DNA from: Leucoraja ocellata
Taxonomy: Eukaryota
Reading direction: 5' to 3'
Assembly (NCBI GenBank): GCA_036785375.1
Contig: JAWMAR010000025.1
Location: 5,146,001 to 5,210,000 of the forward strand
Length of the DNA: 64,000 nucleotides
Positions 12,862-24,262 of the stretch are shown here, piece after piece; the stretch's first letter is position 1; the number at the start of each line of letters is the position of its first letter. The translations under genes were made by a program, and so were the position numbers. A model generated the notes under the pieces. The model had not been told where the DNA came from. It saw nothing but the letters and a program-made list of their open reading frames with translations, and did no database searches.

Positions 12862-13462
12862 TTAGTAGAGAAGGAATCCAAATTCAAGCCTCTCAATATC
12901 AGATCATCTTTAATAAATCCCATTGGGAATCCAGAAGAAAGTTCTTTAATTGGGAACAATAGCTCAGGAAATAGTTGAATTGAATAACATAACTGTGTTC
13001 AATGGATTTAAAAATAAACACACAAGGAGGAAGTGGATGTTAGCCATGCAAAGCCATGGATATGTCTGCAAGCTTTCATGAAGTAGGGTGGGAGGGCGTT
13101 GTGGAACATAAACACACTTCCACAGAAAGGAAGCTATGTTGTGCAGTCAAAGACATTTCTCCAGTTTTTTTCCACCACTGTAAGGTCCATACACTTTGCT
13201 GAGGTATATACCCACAGGAGCCATTCAACCAGGCAGCATTTTCATGTGTTCCCCTTGCAATGTGAATAGTGTCAGATAGCACGTATGATTCCAAGTGTAC
13301 AGGTCCACCACCGATTTTCCGGCACCCTTGGCTCCAGAGACTTGGCGTATTATCTGTTTTGCTGGACGGTCCTGGGACGGTGGGTGAGATACTGGCCTGC
13401 AAATGCGGCCTCGGCTGTTGGCTATGGGAATGGATCTGCTGGCTCCAGCTGAGACAGACTGA

Positions 13463-13862
13463 AGGGACTGTCCCACTTTCACGAGGTAATTCACGAATTC
13501 TCCCGAGTTTTCCCCTTGATTCACACTCACAGAATGTTCGTAACGGGTCCGTAGGGAGTCGTAGGAGTTCGTAGATATATCGCAGCGGCTCGTTATGCCG
13601 GCCGTAGGTACTCGTGGTATCAGGTAAGTCGGGACGTTTTTTCCAGCCACGAGTAAATAAATGGTTGGGATGAAAGAAAATGCAACTTTTTACTCGTAAG
13701 GAGGGCATGGAAATAGTCGTGGGAATTGGTAGACATACTTATAGGAGTTCGTGAACATAGTCGTGGAAGGTCATAGGAGTTCGTAGATCTTGATTTTTTT
13801 TTTTTAGGTCCTTTAAACATGGCAGAGGTTTTGAATTAAGTCGTGACAGTGGGACAGTGCCC
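13463..13862. mobile_element. PIF/Harbinger-type MITE, 400 bp, 3-bp TSD TGA
   Basis: Left AGGGACTGTCCCACTTTCACGA, right TCGTGACAGTGGGACAGTGCCC; TGA flanks at 13460-13462 and 13863-13865. Confidence 0.8.
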
Positions 13863-14230
13863 TGACTAGCCGATTGGCCACGGGTGTCGCGATGGGGTTG
13901 AGATCGGCCGCCTCTATTTCTCTGGTCATGTTTTTCAGTCTCTGGAAATCCTGACCCTTACCATCTATAACGACAGGAAGATGTTAATGTAAAACTTTGA
14001 GATTAAAGTCTTCACAATGTCAGTTGGGTATCAGTTTGCAAAATCCTGGCCTCAGTGCCTAGAAAGTTCTGGAGTCGCATTCCACGCATTGAGCATGAAG
14101 ACCAGACTGACTGCCCTGTGTGTAGGGCTGAGGCTGTTCCACACAGCCAGCGGTACCATCCTATAGATTAGATGATAACTGGAGAACAGCTCTGGCTGTG
14201 CACTTGGAAATAAAAGATCTGATGACATTA

Positions 14231-14512
14231 GGGTGGCATGGTGGTGCAGCGGTAGAGTTGCTGCCTTACAGCGCCAGAGACCCGGGCTCTGGCTGTATAA
14301 GTTTGTACGTTCTCCCTGTGACCGCGTGGGTTTTCCCCGGGCGCTCCGATTTCCTCCCACACTCCAAAAATGTAGAGGTTTGGAGGTTAATTGGCTCCAG
14401 TAACCATTGTAAATTGTCGTTAGTGTGAAGGATAGTGCGAGTGTATGGGGATCGCTGGTCAGTGCGGACTCGATGGGCCGAAGGGCCTGTTTCTGTGCTG
14501 TATCTTTAACTA
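14231..14512 (+). mobile_element. HE1-like SINE
   Basis: A box TGGTGCAGCGG, V-domain, tail GGGCCGAAGGGCCTGTTTC. Confidence 0.85.
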
Positions 14513-14514
14513 AT

Positions 14515-14975
14515 TTTTCAGTTTTAGTTTATTGTCACGTGTACCAAGGTACAGTGAAAATATTTGGTTGCGTTCTAACCAGACAGCAGAAAGACCACAC
14601 ATGATTACAACTGAGCCATTCACAGTGTACAGATACATAAGGGAATTAAGTTTAGTGCAAGATAAAGCCAGTAAATTCTGATCAAAGATAGACCGAGGGT
14701 CACCAAACAGTGGTTCAAGACTGCTCTCTAGTTGTACGTCAAGATGGTTCAGTTGCCTGATAGCAGTTGGGAAGAAATTGCCCTTGAATCTGGGAGGTGT
14801 GCGTTTTCACACTTCTCTACCTTTTTGCCTGATAGGAGAGGGGAGGAGGGAATGACCAGGGTGTGACTCATCCTTGATTATGCTGCTGGCCTTGCCGAGG
14901 CAGCGTGAGGCATAAATAGAGTCAATGGAAGGGAGGTTGCTTTGTGTGATGGTCTGGGCTGCATCCACAATCTCT
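14515..14975 (-). mobile_element. Rex1/Babar-like LINE 3' fragment (second subfamily)
   Basis: Reverse strand gives LPSIDSIY..RCLGKASSIIKD..HPGH; tail TTTTCACTGTACC..GGTACACGTGACAATAAA(CTAAA)n. Confidence 0.7.
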
Positions 14976-15664
14976 CAAAGAATTAGTTTGTAGAAGAGGG
15001 GGGGGGGGGAGTTCTGCCTGGTGGCCTGATTAACATTCATCCCTGAAATGTTGAAACAGAGGAGAGCTGGCCATTGACTCATTGCTGCCTGTTGGACCTC
15101 GTGCACAAACTGCCCGCCTTGTTTTCTGCTTAATAATAGTGACTGCACTTCTAAAACACTTCAATGGCCGGAAAGTGTTTGTGGATGCCCTGAACTTGTG
15201 TGAGACGCTGTGGAAATGATGTCCTTTTATACCAGTAATTGCAATAGAATCAATAAAAAAAAGTTGGGCTGGGCCCAACTACAAGAAGGGGAAGTTGCCT
15301 CCACTGCAGATCAATGTGACAGGAGCAAATTAATTCCCAGCCCCCAACTCTGCCTGAGGGCTGTAAATTAATTCAAGCGATGAAGTTTACACCTCCATGG
15401 AAGACCCACACTAACTTGACGCATTGCCAGCGACATATTTCAATGCTGACAGGCCTGTAACTCGATTGCCAAGAGCTGTTACATTTGAGTCAGGACTTTT
15501 GACACAATGTGAGGGATTGTAATGGTCTTTTGGAATTCTGTTTGGGTCAGCTGTGTGATAATCCTATCTCAGTTGGAAAGAAGAATTATTTTACAGGAGT
15601 TTTGAAAGAGCCCTTTTGTTTTTGGTTTTGCAGTTCAGATTTTGCAAAGGACAAACTTGTCATT

Positions 15665-15910
15665 TGCGGTTCGCTGGACTCTTACCGTTGTCGATTATTG
15701 CTCTTAATCTTATCTTCCATGTGCGATGCGCTCTCCACTTTCCCCCACAAAGGTGCGGACTCTTACCATAGGCTCGTAGAATCATGAACGGCGGAAGTGA
15801 GGGGGTCGAAGATAGACACCTCTCTGTCCTGGGCTTGATGAAAACGACGGGGGAGAAGGGTTCACTGGTATCTATCTCAAAGACAGACAATGGTAAGATG
15901 GGCCGAATCA
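15665..15910. mobile_element. Putative small TIR element (MITE)
   Basis: TCTTACCGTTGTC at ~15680 is inverted as GACAATGGTAAGA at ~15886 (12/13 match); GGACTCTTACC is repeated at 15676 and 15757. Confidence 0.4.
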
Positions 15911-16419
15911 CTTCATGTGATCCCTTCTAAGTATTTCACCTCTGCTATTAAAAATTGTTGCTCCATGCTGAATGTTGCAACAAGCTGCAATTCTCGGTCC
16001 TGGATGGGTTAATGTAAATTCAGCACAGCCAAAGTCCACTGAAAATGATCTAGATCAGCTGGATCCTTTGAGAAACAACTTAATGTCCGTGAATGCATAA
16101 ATAGGCTGGAGTACAATGAACTGAGCCGATTTAAATAGTTTTCTGATACAGGAATCATTACAGGAATGTGCTGGTCCCATTAAATTTGGTGAAACTAATC
16201 TTCAGGTTTCTATAAAGAAAGTAAAACATGATTATCTTGAATGGAATCCCAGTTAAAGTGGTTTATGTGATCATTAACATTTCCTAGAAAAGAGCTGAGT
16301 GAATGTTCACTGCACACATCCTTCTTGGGCAGTTCTAAGGGATCTTTCCTCTACAGCTCTGTGGTTTCTGAGGTGGCTGACAGAAACCATTATAGGACCC
16401 ACAGGCTCTAGTTTGGGTT

Positions 16420-17020
16420 GAGAACACAGGTTTAAGGTGAAGGGGAAAAAATTTAAGAGGAACCTGAGGGGTAACCTTTTCACTCAAAGGGTGGTGGGTG
16501 GCTGGAACAAGTTGCCAGGGGAGGTAGTTGAGGCAGGGACTATCCCGACATTTGAGAAGCAGTTAAACAGGGACATGGTCTTAGAATAAAGGGGATGTCA
16601 TTTAAGACTGAGGTGAGAAAAAACTTTTGTGAATTTGATGATCACAGAGAGTTGTGAATTTATGGAATTATCTGCCACAGAGGGCAGTGGAGGCCAAGTC
16701 ACTGGATGGATTTAAGAGAGAGTTAGATAGAGCTCTAGGGGCTAGTGGAGTCAAGGGATATGGGGAGAAGGCAGGCACGGGTTATTGCTAGGGGACGATC
16801 AGCCATGAATGGCGATGCTGACTCGAAGGGCTGAATGGCCTCCTCCTGCACCTATTTTCTATGTTTCTATGTTTCTATAGGTAGGATAGGTTTGGAGGGA
16901 TATGGACCAAATGCTGGCAGGTGGGACTAGTGCAGCTGGGACATGTTGGCCAGTGTGGGCAAGTTTGCTGAAGGGCCAGTGGCCAGTGTGGGCCTGTTTT
17001 CACACAGTATCACTCTATGA
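16420..17020 (+). mobile_element. Young CR1 fragment (~16577-16878) nested in an older CR1 3' end
   Basis: Two CR1 3'UTRs; the inner one ends in (TTTCTATG)n. Confidence 0.8.
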
Positions 17021-17224
17021 CAAGGGGAACAGGAAGTGCTTAAATGTGCAGGTGGTGAGTGCCTGGGGAAAAGCAGGTTTGCAGGTTAATTCGCTGCTGA
17101 AAATTGCCCTAAGTGTGTTGGGGGTGGATGCAAAAGTCGATTCCATAGAACTAGCGTGTGAACGGGAGGTCAATGGTCAGCGTGGACTTGGTGGCCTGTT
17201 TCTAAGCAGTATCTCTAAACTAAG

Positions 17225-17515
17225 ACACCTTCAGATTCAGGGGCAGTTTCATCCCAGCTGTTATCAGACAACTGAACCATGCTACCACAACTAGAGAGCA
17301 GCCCTGAACTACTACTCACCCCGTTTGGAGACCCTTGGGCCATCTTTGATTGGACTTTACTGGCTTTATCTTGCACTAAACGTTATTCCTTAGCATGTGT
17401 CTGTACACTGTGGATGGCTCGATTGTAATCATGTAACCGCTGACTGGTTAGCACACAACAAAAACTTTTCACTGTACCTCGGTACACGTGACAATAAATG
17501 AAACTGAACTGAAGT
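17225..17515 (+). mobile_element. Rex1-like 3' tail fragment
   Basis: Same family as 14515-14975 and 32815-33205; ends GTGACAATAAA..ACTGAACTGAA. Confidence 0.65.
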
Positions 17516-18134
17516 AGCTCACCCATATCATGAGACTGTGACTCCTGATCCGAGACACCCCAGCCTTGGGAGACTTCCTCTCTGCATCCTCTTGTTGCTT
17601 CCATACTACAGTGAGCTGGAGAGTCATGAGATAGTCACATAAACACCATTGCACGCAGATGCCAAGTAGTGCGTTCAGCTCTGGCTGAACAATTTCTAAT
17701 CTTGTGTGTGGACTCGATAAGAAGACCAAATACACTCAGTTCCCTGGCAGTTGCTGAGATGTCAGATAGTTATTCTTGTCATTCTTCAAAACTGAATTTC
17801 GTCTTTGATGAGCAGAAGCACAAAGTCATCTTCAGTCAAAATAAAACATGTGCTTTAATTGGAAAGCATTTGACTGTACTTCAGTAGAATCATCCAGTGT
17901 GGAAACAGGCCCTTCGGCCCAACTTGCCCACACACAACCAACTAGTCCCAGCTACACTAGTCCCAGCTGATATAGGTGGCCTTAAATGGAAAGTGGTTCA
18001 CAATGAGAACAAGGCCAATCGGGCATATTTTAGGAGTGGAGTGGGAGAGGAATTGAGTGATGAGAGCAAAGTTGAGGGTCATTGAACCATCCTATTGAGG
18101 AATTGAGCTGTGGAGGGAACTGAGTGTTTATGGC

Positions 18135-18278
18135 CTTCTTCTTGTTGAGTCCACACACAAGATTAGAAATTGTTCAACACACTTCTCGGCATCTGCACAC
18201 AATGGTGTCAGTCTTGTGCTTCTTGTGTGTGGTGGTGAAAACAGGGACTCGATGTGAACGTTCTTTCCTTGACCCCAG
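18135..18278 (-). mobile_element. Unclassified short repeat with (AAG)n tail (other copies 17640-17727 +, 46983-47212 -)
   Basis: Shared core ACACCATTGT..CAGATGCCGAGAAGTGTG..TTCTAATCTTGTGTGTGGACTC..AAGAAG in three copies. Confidence 0.65.
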
Positions 18279-19246
18279 TGTTTATGGTTAAAAGACAGTT
18301 AGGAAACTGTACAAGTCTTGAAGTGCTTGTGTGGGCAGGTAAGAAATCGCTCGAAAGGAAGAGAGGACACAGTCAGAGTAGTTTCATCAGTCAGAGTATT
18401 GGCTGTAGAAGTTGGGAGGTCATGTTACAATTATGTAAGACATTGGTGAGGCCACATCTAGGGTACTGTGTTCAGTTTTGGTCACCACGTTTACAATGTA
18501 CCTTGCAAGTTCTCCTTTCAAGGCCATGTTATTTTTGAAAAATACGTTGAAAGCAAACATGTATTATTTTATGTTAAAAAATTGCATAACTCCTCCTGGG
18601 GAAAGAGAGCTTGTGGTAAAGATTCCCCAATTTGGAGTAAGTGACATGCAATTTCCTGTCCTTCTGGAATGTTTCATTACACCTTGCAGGGGAAAAAGAA
18701 ACTGACAGTAAAATATTTCCAGTCAATTTCTTTATTATATGAATTCGAGACCCAAGACAAGTTGAAGCGCATCGGAGTAAAACAACAGCTCATTAAATTC
18801 CAGGCACATCCAAACAGGGGAATTTGAAAAACAAATCGAGAAAACAAGAAGTAGATGTTGCTGGGGGGTTGGAGTGCAGGAGAGGAGGAAGTGTGACTGA
18901 ACCAAGATGTCTTGAATCTCCTTCTGCACAGGCTTGCTGAAATGAAGCCAGGGCCACTGCTTTTCAATTGAAGAGAATCCAAGTAGGGGATGAAAGAGGC
19001 TTGAGAAGACCACAGGAAAACGAGGATCAGAGTGGAGTGACGGCGTTAAGCCAACGCCCAGCAAGGACAGGCAGGATAGTGAGTGAGAGGTTTGGTAAAC
19101 ACTGATGAAGAACATGTATCCTTATGTAGCTTGACAGAGTTGAGGCTTTGTTGATACTTCCCCTGCCTGTGGTGCATCTCGAAGCAGCGGTCACGGTCTC
19201 AAAATAAGTGGCCAGCCATGCAGGACAGAGTGAAGGGGAAATTTCC

Positions 19247-19482
19247 TCATAGAAACATGGAAAATAGGTGCAGGAGTAGGCCATTCGGCCCTTCGAGCCT
19301 GTACCGCCATTCGATATGATCATGGCTGATCATCCAACTCAGTATCCCATCCCTGCCTTCTCTCCATACCCCCTGATCCCTTTAGCCACAAGGGCCACAT
19401 CTAACTCCCTCTTAAATATAGCCAATGAACTGGCCTCAACTACCTTCTGTGGCAGAGAATTCCACAGATTCACCACTCTCTC
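19247..19482 (-). mobile_element. Young CR1 3' fragment (similar copy at 20862-21155)
   Basis: RVVNLWNSLPQKVVEASSLAIFKRELD and (CATAGAAA) tail. Confidence 0.9.
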
Positions 19483-21883
19483 ATGCAGAAACACTTGGAC
19501 AGACATATAGATAGGAAATGTTTCATAGGGATATGGACCAAATGCAGACAAGTGAGACTAGTTTTGGATGATGTGGCATGGTTGGTATAGGCAAGTTGGG
19601 CCGAAGGGCCTGTTTCAATGCTGTATGGCTCTATGTCATAGATTCCACTTAAAGAATTTGTGCTGAATGACTCATGGCAGAAGGTAGTTTGTCTTTGGTT
19701 CCACCACCCACGAAGGTTTTGGAAGCAGTGAGTATATTCATGTCAGAGGTGGGTAGATTTTTCAGAGGGAATCAATGGGGTATTGTGTGTGTGCGGGGCA
19801 GAGATGCTAAAAGGATGATTTATGATCGCATTGAATGGCAGAGTAGGCTCAAGAGACAGAGTGACCTGCCTTTGATTCCCTTTCTTACATTATTATGCTC
19901 TTATAAAAGGTGACAGAAATTAGATGAAGCAATTCAGAAAGAGGAAAGAGAAAGAAAGAAGATAGTTAATATATATTTAGTTTTGTTTAGAAATACACCA
20001 TAGAAACTTTTGGCCCTTTGGTCCACCAAGTCCACTCCGCCCATCGATCACCCGTTCGCTATCGTTTTATGTTTTCCCACTTCCTCATCCACTCCCTGCA
20101 CACTTGGGGCAATTTTGAGAGGCTGATTAACTTAGAAACCAGCATGTGTTTGGGATGCGGGAGAAACCTGGAGCACCCGGAGGAAACCCACACCATCACA
20201 GGGAAAAGGTGCAAACTCTTCACAGAACAGCACCTGAGGTCAGGATCAAACCCTGCCCTCAGGCGCTGAGAAGCAGCGGCTCGACCAACTTAATGATTGA
20301 TCATTTCCATGGAAAAGCCTGAATCAAGTGTAGTTTGTGAATGTGTTCAAACATTTTTATGCTCGGTATACAGCTGTTGTTGCCCTGAGGGGAAGCTGGG
20401 TTTCCTGAACTATCACTCCTTGTGGTCATGCTAGTTACTACAATAAACACTCTGTTTGCCGGTCCTTATTATGCCCCATATCTGCTCCACTCCACCTACT
20501 GCTCAGGCCTAGTTTTTCTTTATATTTGACTAAACCTTGCATCTAAATGTACAAGAGACTTCCCTGCCAAATCAGTTTAAAACTCCCTGGTAGCACAAGC
20601 AAACTCCCCAGCAAAGTGTTCAAGAAGGAACTGCAGATGCTCGAAAATTGAAGGTAGACAAAAGTGCTGGAGAAACTCAGCGGGTGCAGCAGCATCTATG
20701 GAGCGAAGGAAATAGGCAACGTTTCGGACCGAAACTCTGCTGCACCCGCTGAGTTTCTCCAGCACATTTGTCTACCTTCAATTTTCCAGCATCTGCAGTT
20801 CCTTCTTAAACACTTTGTCTACTCCATTGCGAAATCTCCTCAAGGTATACCTACTTAGAAGAAACATAGAAACATAGAAATTAGGTGCAGGAATAGGCCA
20901 TTCGGCCCTTCAAGCCTGCACCGCCATTCAATATGATCATGGCTGATCATCCTACTCAGTATCCCGTACCTGCCTTCTCTCCATACCCTCTGATCCCCTT
21001 AGCCACAAGGGCCACATCTAACTCCCTCTTAAATATAGCCAATGAACTGGCCTCGACTACCCTCTGTGGCAGAGAGTTCCAGAGATTCACCACTCTCTGT
21101 GTGAAAAAAGTTCTTCTCATCTCGGTTTTAAAGGATTTCCCCCTTATCCTTAAGAAGTTCTCCTCTTCCCTCCGAAGACAGTTTTAGAGTCTGAAGAAGG
21201 GTTTCGGCCAGAAACGTTGCCTATTTCCTTCGCTCCATAGATGCTGCTGCACCCGCTGAGTTTCTCCAGCACTTTTGTCTACCTCCCCAGCAAGGTTACT
21301 GGAATAACACAACCTATCTGTATGTAAATTGGCTGCTGTGTTTTCTAACTTATACAACAACTTCAGTTTAAAAACTATTTTTTTGATGTTAATCGTTTTG
21401 GAATATCCTGAGGTCAAGAAAGGCATTGAATAATAAATGGAGATGTTTTCTTAATTTCTTCACTGATGCCGGAATACCATGTCTTTCCTTAAATCCTATG
21501 TGCTTACTGCCTGGAGACAGTAAATATTCTGGGATATTTGGCAAACAAGGATTCAGTTGGGTTAATCCACATTTGACAATACTTTGTGATGCCTTGTAAG
21601 ATTAGATAAAGTGCATTATAAATTGTTCAAGCGCTTTTGATTGCAACACGCGCCTTAATTTAGTTCAACAAAGAAACTGACAAGTTACTAAAAGAACCTC
21701 TTTATTTCCTTCCATTTTCCACATTGATGGATTTAATTGGCACTTTGACATCTGTGGTGCTACATTTCAGAAGCAGAGTACAAGGTGTATCCTCCAATGT
21801 GTAAGAAGGAACTGCAGATGCTGGTTTAAACCGAAGATAGACCAGGGACGATCTTCAGAGATCTGCACGCCCAGGAATTTGAA

Positions 21884-22570
21884 ATGGTCAAGAGCTTCAA
21901 ATTCCTGGGCGTGCACATCTCTGAAGATCTTTTCTGGTCCGAGAACACTGATGCAATTATTAAGAAAGCACATCAGCGCCTCTACTTCCTGAGAAGATTA
22001 CGGAGAGTCGGTTTATCAAGGAGAACTCTCTCTAACTTCTACAGGTGCACAGTAGAGAGCATGCTGACCGGTTGCATCGTGGTTTGGTTCGGCAATTTGA
22101 GCGCCCTGGAGAGGAAAAGACTACAAAAAGTAGTAAACACTGCCCACTCCATCATCGGCTCTGACCTCCCTTCCATCGAGGGGATTTATCGCAGTCGCTG
22201 CCTCAAAAAGGCTGGCAGCATCATCAAGGATCAACACCATCCTGGCCACACACTCATGTCCCCGCTACCTTCAGGTAAAAGGTACAGGAGCCTGAAGACT
22301 GCAACGACCAGGTTCAGGAATAGCTACATCCCCACAACCATCAGCTTGTTAAACTTGGCTCGGACAAAACTCTGAACATTAATAGCCCATTATCTGTTAT
22401 TTGCACTTTATCAGTTTATTTATTCATGTGTGTATATATTTATATAATGGTATATGGACACACTGATCTGTTCTGTAGTCATGCCTACTATGTTCTATTG
22501 TGCTGAAGCAAAGCAAGAATTTCATTGTCCTATCAGGGACACATGACAATAAACTCTCTTGAATCTTGAA
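21884..22570 (+). mobile_element. Rex1/Babar-clade LINE, 5'-truncated, ORF C-terminus still open (21884-22375)
   Basis: FKFLGVHISEDL.WS.NT..IIKKA.QRLYFLRRL..FYRCTVES.LT.CI..WFGN..HPGH..LPSGKRYRS: the post-RT domain typical of Rex1-type LINEs. Confidence 0.85.
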
Positions 22571-23174
22571 AATGCTGGAGTAACTCAGCGGGACAGCCTG
22601 TCCCACTGAGTTCCTCCAGCATTTTGTGTGTATCGTCCAATATTGTGTGCTTATATGACAAGTAGCTGAGGATGAATTTTGATCCAACAGTCCTTAAGAA
22701 ACAAATAACAGATAATGTTATTAAAGGAAATTATGGAAATTATAAGAAATTTGGATGTTTATAATAGGTTTAACCCAAGACCTTACATACTAGAGAGGCA
22801 TGATGGGAGAAAAGGCCAACACAGTGAAGGCACCTTAAAGTTCTTGATAGGAGAGGCAATAAATAGATTTAGGATGTGTTTAAATTGCAAGGCATATCTA
22901 AATGGAGTAAAGGTGAACATAGGATGTTGTAAACCAAATGAGGGCAACAAAAATGATCATGAGATAAAATGTCACTTCATTGCACCCATTTGTCAGACAG
23001 ATGGTGAATGCTTTTCTAAATGACAGGGAACAGAGGTTAAAAATAACTCAAGGGAAAAGAAAACAAGGAGAAAAGACTACAAATAAACGCCGATCACTGA
23101 TGAATTATTTCAAAAATGTAAAATCTTGTGTAGAATCTGGTAAAGGCTGGAATCTTGCACAGAACACCACCCTA

Positions 23175-23370
23175 GTCACATCTTCCCCTCCCCACCCATC
23201 ATCACCTCTTTCCGCTTTCCATAGGGACCCCTCCCTCTGAAACTCCTTGGTCTGTTCGACCCTTCCCACCCAAAACTGCCTCTTCCCCAGGTACTTTCCC
23301 CTGCAGCCGTAGGAGATATAAGAGATGCTGCCTGACCAGGTGAGTTCTTCGGGCACTTTGTGTCCCATGT
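23175..23370 (+). mobile_element. Penelope-like element ORF remnant fused to the fold-back family tail
   Basis: Translates with frameshifts to HIFPSPP..LSAFHRDPSL.NSLVCSTLPT..PGTFPCSRRR, the RT-to-GIY-YIG linker of PLEs; followed directly by AGAGATGCTGCCTGACC. Confidence 0.7.
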
Positions 23371-23611
23371 AACCATTGTGTTGCAGTGTACAAAAAGACT
23401 GTGATTCAATGAAACACTTTGGGTCCCAGAGTGCTTCCCAGTGTGTACAGATAAGACCTTGAATAAACCAAGTTATTTGAGAAATAACCACTGCTTTACG
23501 AGATTTTCGTGGTACACTGTCCACGATCTGAGCCATTATTAAGAGGACAACTGGCCCCACGTGAAAACCAGATACAGGGTACAGTTCAAACACACATTTC
23601 ATTCCAACATA

Positions 23612-24262
23612 CATCTCTGAAGACCTTTCCTGGACCGAGAACACTAATGCAATTATCAAGAAAGCTCATCAGCGCCTCTACTTCCTGAGAAGATTACGGA
23701 GAGTCGGTTTGTCAAGGAAGACTCTCTCTAACTTCTACCGGTGCACAGTAGAGAGCATGTTGACCGGTTGCATCGTGGCTTGGTTTGGCAATTTGAGCGC
23801 CCTGGAGAGGAAATGACTACAAAAAGTAGTAAACACTGCCCAGTCCATCATCGGTTCTGACCTTCCTTCCATCGAGGGGATTTATCACAGTCGCTGCCTC
23901 AAAAAGGCTGGCAGTATCATCAAAGACCCATCCTGGCCACACACTCATCTCCCTGCTACCTTCAGGTAGAAGGTACAGGAGCCTGAAGACTGCAACAACC
24001 AGGTTCAGGAATAGCTACTACCCCACAGCCATCAGGCTATTAAACCTGGCTCCGACAAAACTCTGATTATTAATAACCCATTTTCTGTTATTGCACTTCA
24101 TCAGTTTATTTATTCATGTGTGTATATATTTATATTATGGTATATGGACACACTTATCTGTTTTGTAGTAAATGCCTACTATGTTCTGTGTGCTGAAGCA
24201 AAGCAAGAATTACATTGTCCTATACAGGGCCACATGACAATAAACTCACTTGAACTTGAACA
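23612..24262 (+). mobile_element. Rex1/Babar-clade LINE 3' fragment (second tandem copy)
   Basis: Highly similar to 21915-22570, with an in-frame TGA and a small deletion. Confidence 0.85.

Noticed and set aside
13076-13708. 210-aa minus-strand ORF
   Set aside because: Crosses a MITE boundary and has no recognisable domain.
15676-15898. Three GGTAAGA splice-donor-like sites, two following ATG, suggesting divergent first exons
   Set aside because: They form direct and inverted repeats of one motif, as expected for a small TIR element; no matching downstream exons found.
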